A stretch of DNA of 64,000 bases from Hemiscyllium ocellatum. Taxonomy: Eukaryota. Both the position numbers and the translations under genes were made by a program. The stretch is from positions 98,180,409-98,244,408 of the forward strand of contig NC_083413.1 in assembly GCF_020745735.1 (NCBI RefSeq). Direction: 5' to 3'. Shown in pieces: positions 24,595 to 37,482 of this stretch (positions are counted from its first letter, which is position 1; every line of letters begins with the position of its first letter). Below the pieces are notes generated by a model. The model was not told the origin of the DNA, did no database searches, and saw only the letters and a list, made by a program, of their open reading frames with translations.

Positions 24595-27500
24595 CACAGC
24601 ACTCCCTCAGTACTGACTGTCTGACATTGCAGTATTCCCTCAGTACTGACCCTCTGGCATTGGTGCTTTCTGTCAGTCCTAACCTCTGACAGTGCAACGC
24701 TCCCTCAATACTGATCCTCTGACAATGGAGCGCACATTCAGTCCTGACCTTCTGACAGTGCAGTGCTCCAGCAGTACTGACCCTCCAACAGTGAGGCACT
24801 CCCTCAGTACTGACACTCTCTCAGTACTGACTAATTCAAACAGTAGTGCTCACTCAGTACTGACCCTATGACAGTGCAGCACTCCCTCAGTACTGACCCA
24901 CTGACAGTACGGAGCTCCGTCACCATTGATGATCTGATAGTGTGGAACTCCCTCAGTAATAAACTGCTGACATTGCAACACACCCACAGTACTGACCCTC
25001 TGATAGTGCACCACTCACTCAGTACTGACCCTTTGATAGTGCTGCACAACCTGAGTGCTGTCCTTCTGACAGTGCAGCCCTCCCTCAGTACTAAACTCCT
25101 GACAGTGCGGCCCTCCCTCAGTACTAAATTCCTGACAGTGCGGCCCTCCCTCAGTACTAAATTCCTGACAGTGCAGCCCTCCCTCAGAACTAAACTCCTG
25201 ACAGTGCGGCCCTCCCTCAGAACTAAACTCCTGACAGTGCGGCCCTCCCTCAGTACTAAACTCCTGACAGTGCGGCCCTCCCTCAGTACTAAACTCCTGA
25301 CAGTGCAGCCCTCCCTCAGTACTAAACTCCTGACAGTGCGGCCCTCCCTCAGAACTAAACTCCTGACAGTGCGGCCCTCCCTCAGTACTAAACTCCCGAC
25401 AGTGCGGCCCTCCCTCAGTACTAAATTCCTGACAGTGCGGCCCTCCCTCAGTACTAAACTCCTGACAGTGCGGCACTCCCTCAGAACTAAACTCCTGACA
25501 GTGCGGCCCTCCCTCAGAACTAAACTCCTGACAGTGCGGCCCTCCCTCAGAACTAAACTCCTGACAGTGCGGCCCTCCCTCAGTACTAAACTCCTGACAG
25601 TGCGGCCCTCCCTCAGAACTAAACTCCTGTCAGTGCGGCCCTCCCTCAGTACTAAACTCCTGACAGTGCGGCCCTCCCTCAGAACTAAACTCCCGACAGT
25701 GCGGCCCTCCCTCAGTACTAAATTCCTGACAGTGCGGCTATCCCTCAGTACTAAACTCCTGACAGTGCAGCCTCCCTCAGAACGAAACTCCTGACAGTGC
25801 AGCCCTCCCTCAGAACTAAACTCCTGACAGTGCGGCCCTCCCTCAGTACTAAACTCCTGACAGTGCGACTATCCCTCAGTGCTGACACTCCAACAGTGCG
25901 GCATTCCATCAGTACTGACACCACCAGTGCGGCAACACCCTCTGTCCTGCACCTTTGACAGTGCAGCACTCCCTCAGTACTGAACCTTTGACAGTACAGT
26001 ACTCCCTCAGTACTATTACTCTGGCAATGTAGCGGTCCCTCTGTACTGATCCTCTGATGGTGCAATGCTCCCTCAGTACTGACCCTCTGACAAGGTGGCA
26101 TTCATTGAGGACTGAACCTCTGACAATGTGACACTCCCTCAGTCCAGACCTCCGTGTGACCCTCCGACAGTGCAGCACTTCCTCTGTACGGCACTCTGAC
26201 AATGCAGCACTCCCTCTGTGCTGACCCTCTGACAGTGCAGCACTCCCTCTGTGCTGACTCTCTGACAGTGCAGCACTCCCTCAGCACTGACGCTACGACA
26301 GTGTTGTTCTCCCTCAGTAATGACCGTTCAACAGTTCAGTGCTCATTTTGTACTGACCCTTTGACAGTTTAGCACTCCCTCAGTACTTACCTCTGACAGT
26401 GTAACACACCCTCAATACTGATCCTCTGGCAATACGGTACTCCCTCAGTACTGACCCACTGACAGTGTGCATTCCTTTCATCACTTCTCACCCTTTGACA
26501 GTGCAGTGCTCCCTCAGTACTCTCCTCCGATAGTTCGGCACATCCTTTGTACTGACCCTCTGGCAGTGCACCACTCCCTCAATACTGTCTTTCCAAAAGT
26601 GTGGCACTCCCTCAGCACTGAGTGTATGGCGATCTGTCAGAGGATCAGTACTTAGGGTGTGCCACATTTTGGAAAGTCAGTGACAATGCGGCACTGCCCC
26701 ATACTGACCCTCTGACAGTGAGGAACTCTCTCAGTACTGACACTCCAACAGTGAGGCACTGTCTCCGTACTGCCCCTTTGATTGCGTGGTGCTCCCTGAG
26801 TATTGACTCTCCAATAGTGTGCCACACTCTCAGTACTGACCCTCTGACAGTGCAGCACTCCCTCAGTACTGACCCTCTGACAGTGCAGCACTCCCTCAGT
26901 ACTGACCTTCTGACAGTGCAGCACTCCCTCAGTACTGACCTTTGACGGTGCAGCGCTCCCTCAGTACTGACCCTCTGACAGTGCAGCACTCCCTCAGTAC
27001 TGACCCTCTGACAGTGCAGCACTCCCTCAGTACTGACCCTCTGACAGTGCAGCACTCCCTCAGTACTGACCCTCTGACAGTGCAGCAATCCTCAGTACTG
27101 ACCTTTGATGGTACAGTGCTCCCTCAGTACTGACCCTCTGACAGTGCAGCACTCCCTCAGTACTGACCTTTGACGGTGCAGCGCTCCCTCAGTACTGACC
27201 CTCTGACAGTGCAGCACTCCTTCAGCACTGACTCACCGACAGTGTTGTTCTCCCTGAGTAATGACCCTCCAAAAGTGCAGTGCTCGTTTTGTACTGACCC
27301 TCTCTCAGTGTAGCACGCCCTCAGGACTGATCTTCTGACAATGCGGTACTCCCTCATTACCAACCTACCGACTGCGCGGTTTTAGATTAGATTACATTAC
27401 TTACAGTGTGGAAACAGGCCCTTCGGCCCAACAAGTCCACACCGACCCGCCGAAGTGCAACCCTCCCATACCCCTACATATACCCCTTACCTAACACGAC

Positions 27501-30442
27501 GGGCAATTTAGCATGGCCAATTCACCTGACCCGCACATCTTTGGACTGTGGGAGGAAACCGGAGCACCCGGAGGAAACCCACGCAGACACGGGGAGAATG
27601 TGCAAACTCCACACAGTCAGTGGCCTGAGGCGGGAATTGAACCCAGGTCCCTGGCGCTGTGAGGCAGCAGTGCTAACCACTGTGCCACCGTGCTGCTCGT
27701 TCTCCCACATTACTGACGCTCTGACAGTGTGGCCTTCCCCTGGGACTGACACTCAGACAATGCAGCACTCCCTCAGTACCGACCCTCTGACAGTATAGCA
27801 CTCCCTCAGTCCAGACCCTCTGACAGCGCAGCACTCTCTCAATACAGACCCTCTTACGTTGCAGCGCTCACTTGGTGCTGACCCGCTGACAGTGTAGCAA
27901 TCTATTAGTACTGCTCCTCTGACAGTGCAGCACTCCCTCAGTACTGACCCTCTGACAATATCGTGCACACTCAGTACTGATGTTCTGACAGTATAGTGCT
28001 CCATCAGTACAGACCCTCCGACAGTGTGGCACTCCCCCAGGACTGATCCTGTGACATTGTGACACTCCTTTGGTACAGACCCTCTGACAGCACATCACTC
28101 ACTCCATACCGACCCTCTGACAGTGCAACAGTCCCTCAGCACTGAACTTCGGACAGTGGGGCGTTACCTCAGTACTGACCCTCTGACAGTGCAGAACTCC
28201 CTCAGTACTGACCGACTGACAGTGTGGCGCTCCCTCATCATTGCTCTCGCAGAGTGAGCACTCCCTCAGTTCTGAACCTCCGACAATGCGGTGTGTCTTT
28301 GACACTGACCCTCTGACAGTGCAGCACTACCTTCAACAGTGCAGCACACACTCAGTACTGACCCTCTGACAGTGCAGCACTACCTTCAACAGTGCAGCAC
28401 ACACTCAGTACTGACCCTCTGACAGTGCAGCACTCTATCTATGCTGAATCCCTAATAGTGAAGCACTCCCTCAGTACTGAACCTCCGACAGTGCGGTGTG
28501 TCTTTGACACTGACCCTCTGACAGTGTAGCGCAACCTCAGGACTGATCCTCTGACAGTGCGGCACTCCATCAGTACAGACCCTCTGACAGTACAGCACTC
28601 ACTCAGTACTGACCCTCTGACAGTGCAGCACTCCCTCGGTACTGACCCTTTGACAGTGCAGCATTCCCTCGGTACTGACTCTCTCACAGTATAGTGCTCC
28701 CTCAGTACAGACCCTCTGACAGTGGAGTGCTCCTCAGTACTGATCCTCTCATGTTGCAGCACTCCGTCAGTACTGACCCTCTGACATTGCAGCACTCCCT
28801 TGGTATTGACCCTCTGATAGTGCAGCACTCTTCCATTAAAGAACCTCTGACAGTGCAGCTTTTCCTGAGTACTGACCCACTGATATTGCAGTACTCATTC
28901 AGTGAAGACTCTCAGACAATGTGGACCTCCCTCGGGGCTGACCTTCCGACAGTGCGGCATTCCCTTAGTACTGACATTCTGACAGTGCAGAACGCCCTCA
29001 GTACTGACCCTCTGACAGTGCAGCAGTCCCTCAGTACTGACTCTCTGACAGTGCAACACTCTGTCAGTACTGACCATCTGACAGTGCAACACTCTCTCAG
29101 TACTGACCCTCTGACAGTGCAGCAGTCCCTCAGTACTGACCATCTGACAGTGCAGCACTCCCTCAGTACTGACCCTTTGACAGTGCAGCAGTCCCTCAGT
29201 ACTGACCCTCTGATGGTGCATCACTCCCTCAATACTGACCCTCTGATGGTGCAGCACTCTCTCAGTACTGACCCTCTGATGGTGCAGCTCTCCCTCAGTA
29301 CTGACCCTCTGATGGTGCAGCACTCTCTCAGTACTGACCCTCTGATGGTGCAGCACTCTCTCAGTACTGACCCTCTGATGGTGCAGCTCTCCCTCAGTAC
29401 TGACCCTCTGATGGTGCAGCTCTCCCTCAGTACTGACCCTCTGATGGTGCAGCACTCTCTCAGTACTGACCCTCTGATGGTGCAGCACTCTCTCAGTACT
29501 GACCCTCTGATGGTGCAGCTCTCCCTCAGTACTGACCCTCTGATGGTGCAGCACTCTCTCAGTACTGACCCTCTGATAGTGTAGCATTCCCTGAGGACTG
29601 AACCTTGGACAGTGTGACATTCCCCCAGTACAGACCTCTCACAATGCTCTTGCTCCGATAGTGTGCCATTCCCTCCTTACTGACTGACCAACAGTGCATC
29701 ACTCCCTCCTTACTGACCCTCCGAGAATGAGCACTTCCTCAGTATTGACCCTCTGATGGTGCGGTGTTTTGTCAGTTCTGACACTCTGCCAATGCAGCAC
29801 TCCCTCAGTACTGACACTTTAATTGTGTTGCACTCCCGCATACTGAACCTCTGTCAGTGCTGCACTCCCCCAGTACTGACCTTCTAACAGTGCAGCACAC
29901 ACTCAATACTGATCCTCTGACAGTGCAGCACTCTGTCTATGCTGACACTCTGACAGTGTGGAGTTCCCTCACTTCTGACACTCCGAGAGTGCAGCACTCC
30001 ATTCATACTGACCCCCTGTCAGTGTGTGGCATTCCCTCAGTACTGTTCCTCTGACAGTGTGACACTCCCTCAGTACTGCCCCTCTGTCAGAGAAGCACTC
30101 CCCCAGTAGTGACTCTCTGACAGTTTGGCACTGCACTGTAATGAAACTCTGACAGTGCGGTATTCCCTCCATTCTGACCCTCCAACATTCCGATACACCC
30201 ACAGTACTGACCAACCAACAGTGTGGCACTCCCTCATTACTCACTCCCTGACAGTGTGCCACTCCCTCAGTACTGATCCTCTGACAGTGCAGCACTCCCT
30301 CGGTACTGACCCTCTGACTGTTCAATATTAACTCAGTACTGACGTTCCATAGTGCTGCACTCCCTCCGTACTGGTCCTCCCACACCGCAGCACTTCCTCA
30401 GGACTGACCCTCCAACAGTGTGGCACTCCCTCAGTACTGACC
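24595..30442 (+). repeat. 33-bp minisatellite array, ~5.8 kb (consensus CAGTACTGACCCTCTGACAGTGCAGCACTCCCT)
   Basis: Directly visible periodicity. The 33-bp unit yields 11-aa repeats (STDPLTVQHSL / STKLLTVRPSL) in the ORF track. Homogenised subarrays at ~25070-25865, ~26830-27200 and ~29190-29580. Confidence 0.95.
27382..27698 (-). mobile_element. HE1 SINE (V-SINE), young copy inserted in the minisatellite
   Basis: Minus strand has A box TGGCACAGTGG, B box GGTTCAATTCC, the V-SINE core and a (taatc)n tail; near-identical to 34251-34560 and 41859-42179. Confidence 0.93.
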
Positions 30443-31399
30443 TTTTTTTTTCTCTTTCTTAATGTTTTGTGGAAATATGGAGACATTGTGTTTGCAGATT
30501 CTGAGAAAGTATGACAGAGACACACAATCCAAGCCCTGTCTGAAACTTTGCAACAGTCTATTCAGAGAGATGCACAGCATGGAAACAGACCTTTCAGCCC
30601 AACTTATTCATGCCAACCAGATATCCAACTTAATTTAGTTCCATTTGCTAGCACTTGGCTGATATCCCTCTAAACCCTTCCTATTCACATACTCATCCTG
30701 ATGCCTTTTAAATGTCGCAATTGTACCAGCCCCCACCATATCCTCTGGCAGCTAACTGCATGCCCTTGAATAAGTGTTCAAACATTCATAGAGATGATGG
30801 AACCTCAAACAGACACCAACCTACGAAATGCTATCACTGTCATTTTCACCCCATCCTTTGGTTCTCCGTTAGGCTGATTTGAACAGAGGTAAAGAAACAG
30901 TCTCAGTGACCATCCACCGTGACCTTGTAATAAAGGTTACTTGCAAATTTCACTTGCATGAGATTACCATACCATCCAGTTGCCTGGATGGTGGGGGTGA
31001 GCTGTATTCTCCTGCTATAGCCCTTGGTGTCCCACGTTGATGTTAGGGAGGGAACTCCAGGATTTTGACCTGAACCATGTAAAGAGCTCTCTTACTGGAG
31101 TGCCTTTTTAAAGTTGGGAAGTTATTATAGACCAGGAGGACCCGGGAGCTGCTGTCTTGTCAGAGAGAGAGGACTGGTGGGTTACACACCTCAGGGGAGG
31201 GGCGAGGTGGAGGAGTTGGGGCCTTGATGGTAATTTCAGACATGATAGAAATTGAGCCAACAATGTTGCCATCACGAACCAGTTAGCTGAGGTAACTGAG
31301 ACCCCCACCCCCCCACACTCTGTATCAGAGGAATCCAATCCCTATAATAGAGCAAGCTTGGGAATTCAACACTAAAATTAACTTGTACGGACGCGCTGG

Positions 31400-31730
31400 A
31401 AACCTGAACTATCAATACAGAGATTGCTGAAGAAGCTAAGCATGTCCGGCAGCATCTGTGAAGGGAGAGAGAGAGAGAGTTCACCTTTCAATCCAGTGAT
31501 TTCTGCGGAAAAGTTCCTTCAGAACAGACTGTTTTGAGGAAGGGTCACTTGAAATGTGAATTGTTCCTCTCTCTCTCTCTTCACCGTTGCTGTCTGATCT
31601 GCTGAATTTGGATAGGTACATGGATGGGTGCTTAATCTAGGATAGATGTTCGGCACAACATCGTGGGCCGAAGGGCCTGTTCTGTGCTGTATTGTTCTAT
31701 GTTCTATGTTCTAATTTCCCCAGCAATCTG
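31400..31730. mobile_element. Degenerate Penelope-derived inverted pLTR hairpin interrupted by a CR1 3' tail (31611-31713)
   Basis: Arms 'gattgctg...cagcatctgtgaagggagagagagagag' and 'ctctctctcttcaccgttgctgtctga...cagcaatct' are inverted; a CR1 tail sits inside the right arm. Confidence 0.6.
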
Positions 31731-31851
31731 TGCGGGTGTTTGCTTGAGAATTTGATCTGACCCAATCAATCTTGTGTCACTGAGCAACTCAGTCTGTGTT
31801 CATGCCCTGAGGTTGCTTCTGTTGAAAGTTGACAAACAGTTTTAAGGCTTT

Positions 31852-32026
31852 TAGGAGAAAGTGAGGACTGCAGATGTTGGAGATCAGAGCTGAAAATGTG
31901 TTGCTGGAAAAGCGCAGCAGGTCAGGCAGCATCCAAGGAGCAGGAGAATCGATGTTTCCGTCAATACTCCTGCTCCTTGGATGCTGCCTGACCTGCTGCA
32001 CTTGTCCAGCAACACATTTTCAGCTC
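31852..32026. mobile_element. Penelope-derived hairpin insertion with ~14-bp TSD
   Basis: Long inverted arms; flanked by agttttaaggcttt (31838-31851) and aggtttaagccttt (32027-32040), 12/14 identical. Confidence 0.8.
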
Positions 32027-32429
32027 AGGTTTAAGCCTTTGTAAGGCATTGTATTTGGAGGGCGGGATGCATGGGGGAACAGATAAAGATTTACGGCACT
32101 TCACAAAGATCCTTATCAATGTAACTTTATGATGTTAATTAAGAAGGAACAGCTCAGATCTAACATTTCAGTTAATCAGCCAAGAGAAGTATATATGTCA
32201 TCATAAAGACTTGTTGTAAAGACTGTACAGAACCAAACTTTAGTTACTATGTTTGTACATCATTGTTTTTGTGAATAAAGTCTCTGTTTGAAACACATAT
32301 AAATATTTTTTAGAGGAGGACCAAGCATCTTGAGCTTGTGGAGGCATTGTCCTTTTCCCTAATCTTTCTTAAATAAACGCTAGACAGGTTAGATACTCCC
32401 CGGGTATACACATCAAACGGTCATCAATG

Positions 32430-32712
32430 GGGCGGAGATAGTGGGATTGTCACAGGGCTCTGTGGTTAGCTCTGTTGCCTCATCCCACCCAGGTTCGATT
32501 CCAGCCTCGGGCGACTGTCTGTGTGGAGTTTGCACATTCTCCCCGTGTCAGCCTCCGGGTGCTTCAGTTCCCTCCCACTGTCCAAAGATGTGCAGGCTCG
32601 GTGGATTAGCCTGAGGAAATGAAGGGATCCAGGGATAGAGTGGGGGGATGGGATGCTCTGCCGAAGGTCAGTGTGAACCTGATAGGCCGAATGGCCTGCT
32701 TCCACATTCTAT
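32430..32712 (+). mobile_element. Older V-SINE/HE1-like copy
   Basis: 'caggttcgattcc' B box and 'tgtgtggagtttgcacattctccccgtgtc...ccaaagatgtgcagg' V-core. Confidence 0.8.
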
Positions 32713-32719
32713 AACCAAT

Positions 32720-33260
32720 CCAGAGACCCAAATAATGTTCTGGGCCCTGGGCTCCAATCTTGGGGGTGGCTGTGGGTCCCCACAGTGAGAACAGGTTTGG
32801 GGATGAACACGGTCCAAGGGGGTAACAGGTTTGTTTTCTGAGGTGTTGAGGGCATGAATGTTCTGTTGAGGTGCTTTGGGGATAAACATACAGAGGAGGT
32901 GCTTTCTGAGATACTGAGGGAGCAGTATCTGGAGGTACAGGGTGCAGAAGGTGGAATGGTACAGATACACTTCCCTAATCATTTCCTCAGGGTCCCCAAG
33001 GCACTCTGGTGTGGTCATCTGGGATGGAAGCCACTCCCCATTTTAGAAGATTATATCAACACTCAGTGAAAAATAACACAAACACATGCCTTAAACATGG
33101 ATTGGAGGAAAACTGTTATGAATCTATCATCATTTGTTGCTGAGACACGGTTTAGAAAAGCAGGCACCCAAACAGACCAATGCTGTCGATGTACAGGAAG
33201 ATCCAAGAGGTTATTTACAGTTGATGTCTGTCTCCCTGCAGAGGTCATCATCCGAGATCA
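32720..33260 (-). mobile_element. Highly decayed Penelope-like RT fragment
   Basis: Minus strand 'ttcctgtacatcgacagcattggt' (FLYIDSIG) resembles the FLRYIDDCIG motif of the Penelope at 33690. Confidence 0.35.
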
Positions 33261-33267
33261 GGGTTCA

Positions 33268-33270
<3 letters not shown>

Positions 33271-33332
<62 letters not shown>
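33271..33332 (+). repeat. (TG)31 microsatellite
   Basis: Perfect dinucleotide run read directly. Confidence 0.98.
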
Positions 33333-33334
<2 letters not shown>

Positions 33335-34250
33335 CCAAGAAGATTAATTCCTGCTGCTGTTTCAGCGAAGACACAAACATAAAAGTGTTTAAAAGCTGCA
33401 AAACTCACTTCCCTGGGGTAAAGTGAATGCTGTAAATCTCCCAAAAGAGGTTCGGATGGAAGGAAGAAAGATTAGATTGAGAAGAGATAGTGCCATTCAG
33501 GTGCAGAGGTATTGTTGGAATGTCTATTCAGGATTTCAGAGAGGAGAAAACACCTTGGAGATAGTTTCTCAACCAACCTGTTCAGTGATGGTATGGTATT
33601 CCTCTAGACCAGGTGGGACTTGAAACTGAATCTCCTAGCTCAGAGGTAAAGATGCTACCACTGTCCCTTCCTACCTTCCCCAAGCTGTACAAGGCCTCAC
33701 CTTCATCCCGCTACGCTCTCGGATGAACGAGTTCAACACGCGGCGAGACATCGAACAATTCTTCCGCCGCCTTCGCCTCCGTGCCTACTTCTTCAACCAG
33801 GATTCTCGCCCACCCTCTAACGACCCCTTCTCCCGCCTCCAACACACCCCATCCACCTGGACACCCCATGCTGGCCTCTTACCTGCCCTCAATCACTTTA
33901 TAGCCAACTGCCGCCGCGACATTAACCACCTCAACCTCTCCATCCCTCTCACCCACTCCAACCTCTCACCCTCAGAACGTGCAGCCCTCCACTCCCTCCA
34001 CTCCAACCCCAACCTCACCATCAAACCGGCAGACAAGGGAGGCGCGGTAGTAGTTTGGCGCACCGACCTTTACACCGCTGAGGCTAAACGCCAGCTCGCG
34101 GACACCTCCTCTTACTGCCTCCTTGACCATGACCCCACCTCCAACCACCAAACCATCATCTCCCAGACCATCCATAACCTCATCACCTCAGGGGATCTCC
34201 CATCCATCGTCTCCAAACTCAGAGTCCCACAACCCCACACTGCCCGTTTC

Positions 34251-34560
34251 GGGCAGCACGGTGGCACAGTGGTTAGCACTGCTGCCTCACAGCGCCAGGG
34301 ACCTGGGTTCAATTCCCACCTCAGGCGACTGACTGTGTGGAGTTTGCACGTTCTCCCGTGTCTGCGTGGGTTTCCTCCGGGTTCTCCGGTTTCCTCCCAC
34401 AGTCCAAAGATGTGCGGGTCAGGTGAATTGGCCATGCTAAATTGCCCATAGTGTTAGGTAAGGGGTAAATGTAGGGGTATGGGTGGGTTGCGCTTCGGCG
34501 GGTCGGTGTGGACTTGTTGGGCCGAAGGGCCTGTTTCCACACTGTAAGTAATCTAATCTA
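34251..34560 (+). mobile_element. HE1 SINE (V-SINE), young copy inserted in the Penelope ORF
   Basis: GGGCAGCACGGTGGCACAGTGGTTAGC head, B box GGTTCAATTCC, tail gtaagtaatctaatcta; removing it restores TARF|YLLPKIHK. Confidence 0.95.
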
Positions 34561-36323
34561 CCTCCTGCCCAAAATCCACAAACCTGACTGCCCCGGTTGA
34601 CCCATTGTCACAGCCTGCTCCTGCCCCAGAGAACTCATCTCTGCATACCTCGACATGGTCCTGTCCCCCTTAGTCCAAGAACTCCCCACCTACGTTTGGG
34701 ACACCACCCATGCCCTCCACCTCCTCTATGATTTTCGCTTCCCCAGTCCCCAACGCCTTATCTTCACCATGGACATCCAGTCCCTGTACACCTCCATCCC
34801 CCATCATGAAGGACTCAAAGCCCTCCGCTTCTTCCTTTCCCGCCGTACCAACCAGTACCCTTCCACTGACACCCTCCTTCGACTGACTGAACTGGTCCTC
34901 ACCCTGAACAACTTCTCTTTCCAACACTCCCACTTCCTCCAAACCAAAGGAGTAGCCATGGGCACCCGAATGGGCCCCAGCTATGTCTGCCTCTTCGTAG
35001 GATATGTGGAACAGTCCATCTTCCGCAGCTACACTGGCACCACCTCCCACCTTTTCCTCCGCTACATCGATGACTGTATTGGCGCTGCCTCGTGGAGGCA
35101 GGTTGAACAGTTCATCCACTTTACCAACACCTTCCACCCCGACCTCAAATTTACCTGGACCATCTCAGACTCCTCCCTCCCCTTCCTAGACCTTTCCCTT
35201 TCTATCTCAGGCAACCGAATCAATGCGGACATTTACTATAAACCGACCGACTCCCACAGCTACCTAGACTACGCCTCCTCCCACCCTGCCCCCTGTAAAA
35301 ACGCCATCCCATATTCCCAATTCCTTCGTCTCCGCCGCATCTGCTCCCAGGAGGACCAGTTCCAATACCGTACAACCCCGATGGCCTCCTTCTTCAAAGA
35401 CCGCAATATCTCCCCAGACGTGATCGAATATGACCTCCACCTCATCTCCTCCACTTTCCGCTCCTCCGCCCTTAAGCCCCGCCCCTCCAATCGCCACCAG
35501 GACAGAACCCCACTGGTCCTCACCTACCACCTCACCAACCTCCATATACATCGTATCATCCGTCGTCATTTCCACCACCTCCAAACGGACCCCACCACCA
35601 GAGATATATTTCCCTCCCCTCCTCTATCAGCATTCTAAAAAGACCATTCCCTCCGTGACTCCTCGTCAGGTCCACACCCCCCACCAACCCAACCTCCACT
35701 CCCGGCACCTTCCCCTGCAACTGCAAGAGATGCAAAATTGCCTCCCCCCTTACTTCCTTCCAAGGCCCAAGGGATCCTTCCATATCCACCACAAATTCAC
35801 CTGCACCTCCACACACATCATTTACTGCATCCGCTGCACCCGATGGGGCCTCCTCTATATTAGGAAGACAGGCTGCCTACTTGCGGACTGTTTCAGAGAA
35901 CACCTCTGGGACACCCGAACCAACCAACCCAATCATCCCGTGGCTCAACGCTTCAACACCCTCTCCCACTCCACCAAGGACATGCAGGTCCCTGGACTCC
36001 TCTATCGCCAGGCCATAGCAACACGACGGCTGGAGGAAGAGCGCCTCATCTTCCACCTAGGAACCCTCCAACCACAAGGGATGAACTCAGATTTCTCCAG
36101 TTTCCTCATTTCCCCTCCCCGCACCTTGTCTCAGTCAAATCCCTCGAACTCAGCACCGCCTTCCTAACCTGCAATCTTCTTCCTGACCTCTCCGCCACCA
36201 CCCCCACTCTGGCCTAACACCCTCACCTTGACCTCCTTCCACCTATCGCATTTCCAATGCACCTCCCCCAAGTCCCTCCTCCCTACCTTTTATCTTAGCC
36301 TGATGGACACACTTTCCTCATTC

Positions 36324-36351
36324 CTGAAGAAGGGCTCATGCCCGAAACGTC
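36324..36351 (+). ncRNA. Minimal hammerhead-ribozyme-like core in the Penelope pLTR
   Basis: CTGAAGA-A-GGGC-TCAT-GCCC-GAA-ACGT-C: intact CUGANGA/GAAA core, 4-bp helix II, palindromic ACGT helix III, GUC site. Helix I is weak (2 bp). Confidence 0.5.
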
Positions 36352-36454
36352 GACTCTCCTGCTCCTTGGATGCTGCCTGACCTACTCTGCTTTTCCAGCA
36401 ACAGATTTTCAGCTCTGATCTCCAGCACCTGCAGTCCTCACTTTCTCCCAGTGG

Positions 36455-37430
36455 GATCTTGCAGAGGCCAGTATTGGGACCTCGCAGTTTCTAGGTTTAT
36501 TGAAATAACTTTCACTTGAAAGTTGGAGGATTGATCAGTGAGTTCACAGATGATATGAAAACCAGTGTGGTGGCAAACAGTGAGGAAGATGGGCTGAGAT
36601 CATGGTAAGGGAATACGTGATGAACTATAGGACCCTGGGAAGCACTGAAGATCAGAGGGACCTTGTTGTGCATGTCCCCCAGTCACTTAAACAGCAACAC
36701 AGGTGATAAACTCGCCTTTCCTTGTTAAGCACCGAGTTTGAGCTGGGAAGTTCTGTTAGAACTATCGAAAACATTGGCTAGGGGACAGCTAGCTTGTTGT
36801 CTGCATTTCTGGAATCCCCATTTAAGGAGGGATGTGTTAAGCACTCAAGACTTGGAAAGATATTGTCTGAGCTGGAGAGTTTCAGTTATGAAGAGCGACT
36901 GGAAAGATTGGTTCGTTTTCCTTAGACCAGAGAGATTGAGAGGGGAGTCACAGGTAGATAGGATAGTGACGAAGGCATTTGATATACTTTCCCTTATTAG
37001 TCAGAGCATTGAGTAAAGGAGTTTGGAGGTCATGTTGTGGCGGTACAGGACATTGGTTAGTCCACCTTTGGAGTATTGTGTGCAATTCTGCTCAGATTCC
37101 TACAGAAAGGATGTTGTGAAATTTGAAAGGGTTCAGAAAAGATTTACAAGGATGTTGCCAGGGTTAGAGGGTTTGAACTACAGGAAAGGCTGAATAGACT
37201 GGAACTGGTTTCCCTGGAGTGTCGAAGGTTGAGGAGTGACCTTCTAGAGGTTTATAAAATCATGGATGCATGGATAGGGTAAATAGACAAGGTTTTTTCC
37301 CTGGGGTGGGGAAGTCCAGAACTAGAGGGCATAGGTTTAGGGTGAGAGGGGAAAGACTTACAAGGGTCCTAAGGGGCAACGTTTTCATGCAACAGGCGGT
37401 GCGTGTATGCAAGAGGAAGTGCAGGCCAGT
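36455..37430 (+). mobile_element. Patchwork of decayed CR1 RT/3' fragments
   Basis: CR1 motifs such as 'ttggagtattgtgtgcaattctg' and 'gggttcagaaaagatttacaaggatgttgccaggg'. Confidence 0.75.
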
Positions 37431-37482
37431 ACAAGGCTAGTAACATATAAAAGGTATCGGGAGGAGTAGAAGAAAACTCCAC

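Larger units (their letters stand above)
33690..36449 (+). mobile_element. Penelope-like element (RT + GIY-YIG endonuclease), 5'-truncated, with 3' pLTR
   Basis: KPADKGGAVVVW, MDIQSLYTSIPH, GVAMGTRMGPSY, RYIDD, YYKPTDSH, IPYSQFLRLRRIC (ORFs 33723-34250, 34655-35638) and GIY-YIG-like IIYCIRC...LYIRKTG...FREH...RRLEEERLIFHLGTLQPQGMN (ORF 35430-36167). Contains stops, a frameshift and an HE1 insertion. Confidence 0.93.

Noticed and set aside
24868-25794. 308-aa ORF of STKLLTVRPSL repeats (and 28694-29584, 28895-29620, 25015-25476)
   Set aside because: A by-product of a 33-bp stop-free minisatellite; it is open on both strands and has no non-repetitive domain.
24595-30442. CRISPR-like array
   Set aside because: Contiguous tandem units without unique spacers, in a vertebrate context with no cas genes.
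34251-34325. tRNA gene
   Set aside because: The A/B boxes belong to the tRNA-derived head of an HE1 SINE; there is no complete cloverleaf.
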